In this document: positions 24,311 to 33,259 of the stretch, piece after piece | Layout of the letters: each line of letters opens with the position of its first letter | Position numbering within the stretch: the first letter of the stretch is position 1 | NCBI RefSeq assembly: GCF_004010195.1 | Contig: NW_025215380.1 | Span: 172,428 to 207,583, forward strand | DNA from: Chiloscyllium plagiosum | Taxonomy: Eukaryota | Length of the DNA: 35,156 nucleotides | Reading direction: 5' to 3' | Notes under the pieces: model-generated | The model's database searches: none | What the model saw: only the letters and a program-made list of their open reading frames with translations | What the model was told of the DNA's origin: nothing | Translations under genes and position numbers: made by a program

Positions 24311-25394
24311 GTAACAGGGTCAGTATGTTGGTTAACAAATGATCAAGAAACCTGCACAACTCAGACTGTCAAACAGGGGTAAGCTGTTCAGACCCAGAAA
24401 AGACCGTCGAGGAGCTGTTTCACCTTTAAAGCACCAAGCGTGGTGCCAAGCCTCCAGAATTTGGTGAAGAATGACACTGATTCCCTGAGGTTTGTTTTTT
24501 TGCATCAATGTTCTATTACAAACCGGTTGCACTTTCCTCCTGTTTTCCTTTCGCCTCTTCATGGTCCATGAGGTCTTTGGGACTAATGACACCACACTTG
24601 CTCAGTCTCCCTGAGGTTGACAACTATTTTCCCAATTATCAATAATCTCAAATTCTGCAACATGACCAGTGTTTTATCACTGGAGTCAGGAATCTCAGAA
24701 TCACTCTGGATGAGAACCTGGCGTTTTGCCTGTTTCTCCACATTGTAAGGACATCGGTGAGGACATTCATGCCGCTTGCTCAGTGTAGGTTACAGATCTC
24801 TTATAGCCCGTGTTAGCATGAAATAAAAAATGTCTGTACTGACAATCTTTATAGGGTAACTCACTAACAAACGTTGACTGACTTACACAGGCGGGGAACA
24901 GAAAGAAAGAGATTGTAATATTATAAACCGAGGGGAGGGAAAGAGAAGCTAACAGTCACTTTTCATTTGCAGGAAGAGCAGGGTTTGGGAAATAAAGACT
25001 AAACACCAACGGGGTAGTAACATTTCCAGAAATGAAGGGGGAGAGGGAGGACTATAAACTGGAGAGGAGGGTAAAGGTTGGCAGGGATTCTTTTTTTTCT
25101 TTTGGTGAAGTAGATACTTAATGACATGGCCATGGCAAACTGGAATTTTGAGGACTATTCAGATTGTTATGAAATAACTCCACAAAGGCTGGTGTCCGGT
25201 CACCCAGTCACCCTTCATTCAGGTGGAGAGTCCTGGATACTAATTCCACTTCCACAGAGCCAGCTCTCAGAGTGAACACAAGCTCTGACCCTTCTGTTTA
25301 TTTATTATTCCTACCTATGTTGCATGCATGCAGCAAAGGTTCTTGTATTTTGTAAAAGCAGAGAAAGTATCGAGGAATGTATAAATTTTGGGAA

Positions 25395-25715
25395 CAAACT
25401 GAAAAAGCTCAGCTGGTCTGGCAGCATCTGTGCAGAGAGAAGTCACAGTTAACGTTTTGGACAGAAGTGGGTACTGCAGATGCTGGAGATTAGAGTCAAC
25501 ATTAGAGTGGTGCTGGAAAAGCACAGCAGGTCAGGCAGCATCCGAGGAACAGGAGAATCAAAAATCGACGTTTCAGGCAAAACATTTTCAGCTGAGGCCC
25601 ACTGAAGATGTTACCAAGTATGGTGATGAAACGTCTAGAAATGAACCTTCCAGCTCAGCGAGCAAACCTACATCCAGAACCTCAACCTGAGCTACAAATC
25701 TTCTCAAAACTCGTT
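25395..25715. mobile_element. Cluster of Penelope-like terminal fragments in both orientations
   Basis: GCTGGAAAAGCACAGCAGGTCAGGCAGCATCCGAGG..TCGACGTTTC unit, followed by a different hammerhead-bearing terminus on +. Confidence 0.65.
25598..25637 (+). ncRNA. Minimal hammerhead ribozyme motif (third sequence type)
   Basis: CUGAAGA 25602-25608, extra U, stem II GUUACC/GGUGAU, GAAAC 25628-25632, GUC 25633-25635. Confidence 0.65.
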
Positions 25716-25730
25716 AACACCCTTCAATCG

Positions 25731-26340
25731 ACAATAGGTGCAGGAGTAGGCCATTCTGCCCTTCGAGCCTGCACCACCATTCAATATAATCATGGCTGAT
25801 CATTCCTAATCAGTATCCTGTTCCTGCCTTATCTCCATAACCCTTGATTCCACTATCCTTGAGAGCTCTATCCAACTCTTTCTTAAATGAATCCGGAGAC
25901 TGGGCCTCCACTTCCTTCAGGGGGAGCGCATTCCACACAGCCACCACTCTCTGGGTGAAGAAGTTTCTCCTCATCTCTGTCCTAAATGGCCTACCCTTTA
26001 TTTTTAGGCTGTGTCCTCTGGTTCGGCACTCACCCATCAGTGGAAACATGTTTCCTGCCTCCAGAGTGTCCAATCCTTTAATAACCTTATATGTCTCAAA
26101 TCAGATCCCCTCTCAATCTTCTAAACCCAAGGGTATATAAGCCCAGTCGCTCCAGTCTTTCAGTGTAAGGTAATCCTGCCATTCCAGGAATTGACCTCGT
26201 GAACCTACGCTGCACTCCCTCAATAGCCAGAATGTCTTTCCTCAAATTTGGAGACCAGAACTGCACACAGTACTCCAGGTGCGGTCTCACTAGGGCCCCG
26301 TACAGCTGCAGAAGCACCTCTTTGCTTCTATACGCAATCC
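25731..26340 (-). mobile_element. Young CR1 LINE 3' fragment
   Basis: [22 protein letters not shown]; highly similar to 32114-32715. Confidence 0.9.
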
Positions 26341-26741
26341 TTCATCAAGCTTTTGGGTCGAATGAGAGAAACGTTCATTGATGCCTCTCTCCACACAGAT
26401 ACTTGCTGAAGTGTCTTCGAACAATTTCTGGACTTTGTTCCCCAAAACTTAACGCGTTTTAGTCCCTAACCTCACCCTCGCCCCTCCCCTCCCCTCCACC
26501 AACCCAGCGTGCGCCGTGCTTTCGGCTCGTAAGTCAACGTGGGGTCTGCAGATGCTGGAAACCAGAGTTTAGACCAGAGTGCGGTGCTGGAAAAGCACAG
26601 CAGGCCCGGCAGCATCCGAATTAACGTCGACGTTCCGGCTCCTGCCTGAGCTGCTGTACACCCCTCTGATCTAAACAGCAACAGATCAACGCCAGGGTCT
26701 GCCCGGAGGGTGCTCGCCGCTTTCGTGGAGGCGGGTTTGGT

Positions 26742-26757
26742 GGCTCTGAAAAGAGCC
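26742..26757 (-). terminator. Histone 3' stem-loop (H1-like gene B)
   Basis: Minus strand CCCAAA-GGCTCTTTTCAGAGCC-ACCAA, then GAAAGCGGC (HDE-like). Confidence 0.95.
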
Positions 26758-26776
26758 TTTGGGTTTTAAGTTGTTT

Positions 26777-26885
26777 GAGTGTGTGTGGGTATAGGAGTGG
26801 GTGTGTATGTGGGTGTGTGTGTGTGGGTGTGTATGTGGGGGTGTGTGTGTGTGTGTATGTGGGGGTGTGTGTGGGTGTGTTGTGC
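26777..26885. repeat. GT/G-rich compound microsatellite in the 3' UTR of H1-like B
   Basis: GTGTGTGGGTGTGTATGTGGGG units. Confidence 0.9.
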
Positions 26886-26964
26886 CTGGGCGCCCGTCTG
26901 GGTTGTGGGGTTGGGATGGTGCTGGCGCGGCTCCAGGTTCGCGGAGACGCCAGCGAGCGCGGCT

Positions 26965-27690
26965 TTAATTCCTGCGCCTTTGGTTTTTGGTTTTCCTGGA
27001 GGTGGCGATGGTGGTCGCGGTTTTGGTGGTCGCTCTGTCGCCCGCTCCTCTCTTGCCCCTCGCTCGGGGGTTGGCGGGTTTGCCCGCCTTCATCTTCCTC
27101 CGGGAGCGGCCGTCGCTGCTGCTGCTGCTCGTGGTCGCGGCGGTGGCGGTGGCGGCCGGGGACTTCCTCCTATTGGCGGCGGCGGCGGCGGCCCGCCGGC
27201 CTTTGCCTCTGGTGCCCGTTTGCCTTTGCTGCTGCTGCTGCTGCTGCTTCTGTCTCCGGCTGAGCCGCAGGCAGCCGCCCGCCTCCCCTCGCCCGCCTCG
27301 GGTCCCCCGACCTGGAGCCCGGCCCCGGGTCCGCACCAGCGAGCCGTTGCGGACCAGGTCGCCGACCGCCGTGCGGAGCTGCGACTTGTTCTTCTCTACG
27401 TCGTAGCCGCTGGAGAGCAGGGCCTCCCGGAGGGAGGTGAGGGACACGCCGCCCGGCTGCATGCGGGCCGACAGCGCCTGCAGGATCAGGTCGTTGATGC
27501 CCTGCGTCCGGCGGCGCCTCCTCCGCCGCCCCCGCTGCAGGTGCTCGGGCAGCGGCAGCGGCGGCAGGTTGCCCTGTGTCTGCGCCCTCTTCTTTTTCTT
27601 GCGCCGCTTCCGACCCGCTCCCCCGCAGCCGCCCGTGCCCCTCCTCCTCTTCTTCCGCTGCTGCTGCTGCGGGCCGCCGGTGGTCACCAT
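26965..27690 (-). CDS. Arginine-rich histone H1-like protein B (protamine-like candidate), 241 aa
   Basis: Winged-helix signature INDLILQAL..GVSLTSLREALLSSGYDVEKNKSQLRTAVGDLVRNGSLVRT; first ATG at 27690; R-cluster N-terminus; intronless; stem-loop downstream. Confidence 0.88.
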   Translation of the reverse strand: MVTTGGPQQQQRKKRRRGTGGCGGAGRKRRKKKKRAQTQGNLPPLPLPEHLQRGRRRRRRRTQGINDLILQALSARMQPGGVSLTSLREALLSSGYDVEKNKSQLRTAVGDLVRNGSLVRTRGRAPGRGTRGGRGEAGGCLRLSRRQKQQQQQQQRQTGTRGKGRRAAAAAANRRKSPAATATAATTSSSSSDGRSRRKMKAGKPANPRARGKRGAGDRATTKTATTIATSRKTKNQRRRN

Positions 27691-27799
27691 CCGGCGGCGG
27701 GGATTTCGAGACTGCACCGGTCCGGGGGCACCCCTTCGGAAACTCAGCGCAGCCCCAGACGCGGCTGCGGAGTAAGGAGGGCGGCCGCCGGTGCCGGCG

Positions 27800-28080
27800 T
27801 TTTCAAGGTTTAAGGCGGACCGTGGAGGGTGGATGAAGTGGGGCGGGGGACGCACACGCAGGGCTGCCAGCCAATCGGAGGACACGGCGCCCGCCGGCCG
27901 CCCAATCGCAACACGCCGCCCGTTCCGCGGAACACGCCCGTTTTGGGATTGACACGCCCATATTCCCCACAGGGCGCGACCAATTCACGGGACCCGCCTA
28001 CTTCGGGACGGCCACACCCACTTCCCACTCGACACGCCCATGTTTTTTTCGAGGGACACGCCCATTTCCATCACACGTTC
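27800..28080 (-). promoter_or_regulatory. H1-like B promoter: weak TATA, GC box, three CCAAT boxes, 20-bp-period ACACGCCC array
   Basis: CTTAAA (-) 27809-27814; GGGGCGGGG at about 27840; CCAAT (+) at 27871, 27902, 27980; ACACGCCC-like units 27910-28064. Confidence 0.7.
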
Positions 28081-28779
28081 AACACGTGACAGTCATAGAG
28101 ATGTACAGCATGAAAACAGACCCTCAGCTCCTACCTGTCCATGCTGACCAGATATCCTAAACTAATCTAGTCCAATTTACCAGCAATTTGTCCATATCCC
28201 TCTAAACCCTTTCTATTCATATACCCATCCAGATGCCTTTTAGATGCTGTAATTGTATCAGACTCCACCACTTCCTCTGGCAGCTCATTCCATACACGTA
28301 CCACCCTCTGTGTGAGAAAGTTGCCCCTTAGGCCCCTTTGATATCTTTCCCCTTTGGACTCCCCCACCCCAGGGAAAAGACCTTGTCCCTTTACCTTATC
28401 CATGCTCCTCAAGATTTTACAAACCTCCATTAAAGGTCTCCCCCTCAGCCTCTGACGCTCCACAGAAAACAGCCAGAGCCTATTCTCCTCTTCCTATAGC
28501 TCAAATCCTCTAACACTGGCAACATCCTCATTAATCATTGCTGAAGCCTTTCAAGTTTCACAACATCTTTCCGATAGGAGGGAGCCCAGAATTGCACACA
28601 ATATTCCAAAAGTGGCCTAACCAATGTCCTGTACAGCCACAACATGACCTCTCAATAAAGGAAAGCATACCAAACACCTCCTTCACTATCCTATCTACCT
28701 GCAACTCCACTTTCAAGGAGATATAAACCTGCACTCCAAGGTCTCTTTGTTCAGCAACACTCCCCAGGACCTTACCATT

Positions 28780-28971
28780 TTAAAGAAAAAATTTCCCCCC
28801 CCCCCCCCTACCACCTAACTGCAGTAGTGCCGTGAGTGCGTGTGGGTGTCATAGTGAGAGACACAAGGTGCACAAATCTTTATTCAATTTCCACCACCAG
28901 GAAGATAGGAAAACACTCAAGTGGCCAGTGAAAAGCAGTGCCCTTCACAAAAGGGCAATGCTATGTAATCA
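28780..28971. mobile_element. Unclassified 192-bp insertion with 14-bp TSD
   Basis: AGGACCTT(A/G)CCATT at 28766-28779 and 28972-28985; the host CR1 resumes afterwards. Confidence 0.7.
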
Positions 28972-29595
28972 AGGACCTTGCCATTAAGTGTATAAGTCCT
29001 GCCCTGATTTGTCTTTTAAAAATGTGGCACTGTACATTTACCTAAATTAAGCTTCATCTGCCACTGCTCAGCCCATCAGCTCATCTTACACCTGAGGTAA
29101 CGTTCTTTACTGTCCACTACTCCTCCAATTTTCATGTCACCTGCAAACTTACTAGTTATACCACCTATATTCACATTCAAAGCATTTATATAAATGGCAA
29201 AAAGCACCAATCCTTGCCGCACACCACTGGTCATAGGCCTCCAGTCTTAAAAGCAACCCTCCACCACCACCTCTATCATCTACCTTCAAACCAGTTCTGT
29301 ATCCAAATGGCTAGTTCTTCCTTATTCCATGTGATCTAACCTTGCTAACCAGATTCCCATGGGAACCTTGTCGAATGCCTTACTGAAGTCCATATAGATC
29401 ACATCCACCGCTCCTGCCCTCAATCGTCTTCGTTACTTCTTCAGAACAAAAACTCAAACAAGTTAGGAAGACAAGACTTCCCAAGCACAAAGCCATATTG
29501 ATCATCTCTAATCAGTCCTTGCCTTTTCAAAAATATATATAAGATAAAAGCAAATTACTGTGGACACTGGAATCTGAAATCAAACAAAAAATTGC

Positions 29596-29724
29596 TGGAA
29601 AATCTCAGCAGGTCTGGCAGCATCTGTAAGGAAAGAAAAGAGCTGACATTTCAAGTCTAACTGACTCGAAACATCAGCTCTTTTCTCTCCTTACAGATGC
29701 TGCCAGACCTGCTGAGATTTTCCA
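29596..29724. repeat. Long inverted repeat of Penelope-like terminal sequence (62-bp arms, 5-nt spacer)
   Basis: TGGAAAATCTCAGCAGGTCTGGCAGCATCTGTAAGG..AGTC / GACT..CCTTACAGATGCTGCCAGACCTGCTGAGATTTTCCA. Confidence 0.88.
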
Positions 29725-30026
29725 ACATTTTCTCTTTTGGTGAAAGATAATTCCTGTCTGTCAGGATTCTGTTCAACAACATGCCCACCACCAATGTCAG
29801 GCTCACTGATCTATAGTTCCCTGGCTTTTCCTTACCACCTTTCTTAAATATTGGCTCTATGGTAGCCAACCTCTAGTCTTACAGCACCTCACTTGTATCA
29901 TCGATAGTCACAAATATCTCAGCAAGAGGCCCAGCAATCACTTCACTAGCTTCCCACAGAGTTCTCAGGTGGAGAGAAATCAGTTACAGTTTCAGGTTCA
30001 GTGACCCTTCTTCAGAATTGATGGTA

Positions 30027-31419
30027 CAAAAGAACAAAGAACATTTGCAGCCCAGGAACAGGCCCTTCAGCCCTCCAAGCCTGAGCCGATCTAAATCTGC
30101 TGTCTAAACCTGTCATCCAATCACTAAGCACCTATATTCCTCTACTCCCCACCTACTCATGCATCTGTCTAAATGCAACTTGAATGAATCTACTGTGCCT
30201 GCCTCTACTATCTCTGCTGGCAATGCGTTCCAAATGCCCACCACCCTCTGTGTAAAGTACTTGCCACATGTATCCCCCTTAAACTTTTCACCTCTCATCT
30301 TGAAAGTGTGACCTCTCATTATTGAATCCTTCACCCTGGGAAAAAGCTTAACTCTATCTACCCTGTCTAAACCCTTCATGATTTTGTAAACCTCAATCAG
30401 GGCCCCCCTCAATCTACTTTTTTCTAATGAAAAGAAACCTAATCTACTCAACCTGTCTTCATCGCTAGCACCTTCCATACCAGAACTGTACACAGTATTC
30501 TAAATGCAGCCGAATCAACGTAGTGTACAACTTTAACATGACCTGCCAGCTCTTATACTCAAGATTTACAAGGATGTTGCCAGGGTTGGAGGATCTGAGC
30601 TACAGGGAGAGGCTGAATATGCTGAGGCTGTTTTCCCTGGAGCGTCAGAGGATGAGGGGTGAGAGGTTTACAAAATTATGAGGGGCATGGATAGGATAAA
30701 TAGACAAAGTCTTTTCCCTGGGCTTGGGGAGTCCGGAACTAGAGGGCATAGGTTTAGGGTGAGAGGGGAAAGATATAAAAGAGACCTAAGGGGCAACTTT
30801 TTCACACACAGGGTGGTACGTTGTATGGAATGAGCTGCCAGAGGATGTGGTGGAGGCTGGTACAATTACAACATTTAAGAGGCATTTTATGGGTATATGA
30901 ATAGGAAGGGTTTGGAGGGATATGGGCCGGGTGCTGGCAGGTGGGACTAGATTGGGTTGGAATATCTGGTCGGCCTGGACACGTTGACCGAAGGGTCTGT
31001 TTCCATGCTGTACATCTCTATGCTCTATGACTCTATATGCCTTCTTGACCACTATCCACCTGTGCAACAATCTTCAGGGTACAATAGACCTGCACTCCCA
31101 GATCTCTCTGCTCATCAACTTTTCCCAAGGCTCTCCCATTTACTGTATAATTCACTCTAGAATTAGACTTCCCAAAATGCATCACCTCACATTTGTCTGG
31201 ATTGAACTCCATCTGCTACTTCTCCACCCAACTCTCCAGTCTATCTATATTCCCCTGTACTCTTTGACAGTCTCCTATGCTTTCTGCTACTCCACCAATC
31301 TTTGTGTTATCTGCAAACTTACTGATCAGCCCAACAATGCCCTCTTCCAGATCATTTATGTATATCACAGACAACAGTGGCCCCAGCACCGATCCCTGTG
31401 GAACACCACTTTCTCCACT
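30027..31419 (-). mobile_element. CR1 LINE inserted in the PLE
   Basis: SRLRGALIEVYKIMKG..FTQRVVGIWNALP; antisense GVPQGSVLGP at about 31380-31410; TGGTA at both flanks. Confidence 0.85.
30562..31036 (+). mobile_element. CR1 3' fragment nested in opposite orientation
   Basis: Highly similar to 210-686; tail CTCTATGACTCTAT. Confidence 0.9.
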
Positions 31420-31915
31420 TGGTAGCTAGGAAAAGTTCAGTTTTTAATGTAGAAGATAGGATGTGGGGAGGGGGTAAAGCATAACTGACAGGTGGAGATA
31501 GAGACCAAAAGAGAGAAAAAGGACAACTGAACAGACAAAGGAATGGATAAATGGTCAACCTGGGAGAATGGACGTTTGCTAATGCAGACTATTAGTACCT
31601 AGCAATAGGTAGGTGTGTAATATTAGGTGTGATAACAAGGTATGGTGTGTGGAGGTTGGGGTAAAGATCTGGGAGAAGGTGCCTCAAGTCCAAACGTTGT
31701 TGAACTCAAAGCTGTAGAGTTCCCAAGTGGAAAACAAGGTGCTGACTTCCAGCTTGTGCTGCACGCCACTGAAACATTGCAGCAAGCCAGAGTCAGGTGC
31801 TGGCCAGGGAATAGAGTGGGTGTGTTGAAGTGACAGGAAACTGGAAGCGCAGTCCTTTTTGCAGATAGAACACAGCTGGTGTGCAAAGCAGTCAACCAGT
31901 CTACACTTAGTTTTC

Positions 31916-32044
31916 AGGGAGAAAGTGAGGTCTGCAGATGCTGGAGATCAGAGCTGGAAATGTGTTGCTGGAAAAGCGCAGCAGGTCATGCAGCATCCAG
32001 GGAACAGGAGAATCGACGTTTCGGGCATAAGCCCTTCTTCAGGG
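31916..32044 (-). mobile_element. Short Penelope-like hammerhead insertion with 10-bp TSD
   Basis: CTTAGTTTTC at 31906-31915 and 32045-32054; minus strand CUGAAGA-A-GGGC-UUAU-GCCC-GAAAC-GUC at 32042-32015. Confidence 0.8.
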
Positions 32045-32112
32045 CTTAGTTTTCTCAATGTAGAGGGGGACCACATTGTGAGCAGCGAATGCAGTAAACT
32101 AGGTTGTGGGAA

Positions 32113-33055
32113 GACAATAGGTGCAGGAGTAGGCCATTCTGCCCTTCGAGTCTGCACCACCATTCAATATGATCATGGCTGATCATTCTTAAGTCAGTAT
32201 CCTGTTCCTGCCTTATCTCCATAACCCTTGATTCCACTATCCTTGAGAGCTCTATCCAACTCTTTCTAAAATGAATCCAGAGATTGGGCCTCCACTGCCC
32301 TCTGGGGGAGACTATGCCACACAGCCACCACTCTGGGTGAAGAGGTTTCTCCTCATCTCTGTCCTAAATGGTCTACCCCTATTTTTAAGCTATGTCCTCT
32401 GGTTCAGGACTCACCCATCAGCGGAAACATGTTTCCTGCCTCCAGAGTGTCCAATCCTTTAATAATCTTTTATGTCTCAATCAGATCCCCTCTCAGGTCT
32501 TCTAAACTCAAGGGAATACAAGCACAGTCACTCCAGTCTATCAGTGTAAGGTAATCCTGCCATTCCAGGAATTGACCTTGTGAACCTACGCTGCACTCCC
32601 TCAATAGCCAGAATGTCTTTCCTCAAATTTGGAGACCAGAACTGCACACTACTCCAGGTGTGGTCTCACCAGGGCCCTGTACAGCTGCAGAAGAACCTCT
32701 TTGCTTCTATACTCAATCCCTCTTGTTATGAAGGCCAGCATGCCACTAGCCTTCTTCACTACCTGCTGACCTTCATTGACTGGTGTACAAGAACACCCAA
32801 ATCTCTCTATACTGCCCCTTTACCTAAATTGATTCCATTTAGGTAGTAATCTGCCTTCCTGTTCTTGCCACCAAAGTGGATAACCATACATTTATCCGCA
32901 TTAAACTGCATCTGCCATGCATCTGACCACTCACCTAACTTGTCCAGGTCACCCTGTAATCCCCTAACATCCTCCTCACATTTCACCCTGCCACCCAGCT
33001 TTGTATCATCAGCAACTTTGCTAATGTTATTACTAATACCATCTTCTATACTATT
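32113..33055 (-). mobile_element. Young CR1 LINE 3' region
   Basis: SKVADDTKLGG..WQMQFNADKC; same subfamily as 25731-26340. Confidence 0.9.
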
Positions 33056-33259
33056 AATATTAATATATATTCCAGGATTGAAATCTGCCATCCTTACCTG
33101 GTCTGGCCTACATGTGACTCCCGATCCACAGCAATGTGGTTGACTATCAATTGCCCTCTGAAATAGTCTTTAGATCAGAGTGGTGTTGGAAAAGCCCAGC
33201 AGGTCAGGCAGCATCCGAGGAACAGGAAAATCGATGTTTCAGGCAAAAGCCCTTCATCT

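Larger units (their letters stand above)
28091..29968 (-). mobile_element. CR1 LINE ORF2/3' region, interrupted twice
   Basis: PIFKKGGKEKPGNYRSVSLT and FLTQRVVRVWNELP on the minus strand; tail at 28091. Confidence 0.88.
29969..32112 (-). mobile_element. Fragmented Penelope-like element: GIY-YIG endonuclease remnant, 3' UTR, terminal hammerhead (pieces 32112-32045, 31915-31420, 30026-29969)
   Basis: Rejoined minus strand gives HNLVYCIRCSQCG..LYIEKTKCRLVDCFAH..PVSCHFN; CUGAAGA-A-GGGU..ACCU-GAAAC at 30015-29989. Confidence 0.72.

Noticed and set aside
26775..27813. Plus-strand ORFs of 344, 162 and 139 aa
   Set aside because: Antisense to H1-like B; the two longest start in a GT microsatellite and all are low-complexity; the stem-loop and domain homology are on the minus strand.
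27691..27885. N-terminal extensions from the ORF track (also 2492, 13317, 23107)
   Set aside because: They rely on non-ATG starts upstream of the first ATG, some running through promoter elements; eukaryotic ATG starts were used instead.
27910..28064. Regularly spaced repeats as a CRISPR-like array
   Set aside because: Eukaryotic context, 10-bp degenerate cores with 10-bp spacers and no cas genes.
25731..32715. Near-identical ~600-bp blocks at 25731 and 32114 as a segmental duplication
   Set aside because: Similarity is confined to CR1 sequence with different truncation points and flanks, so these are independent insertions of one young subfamily.
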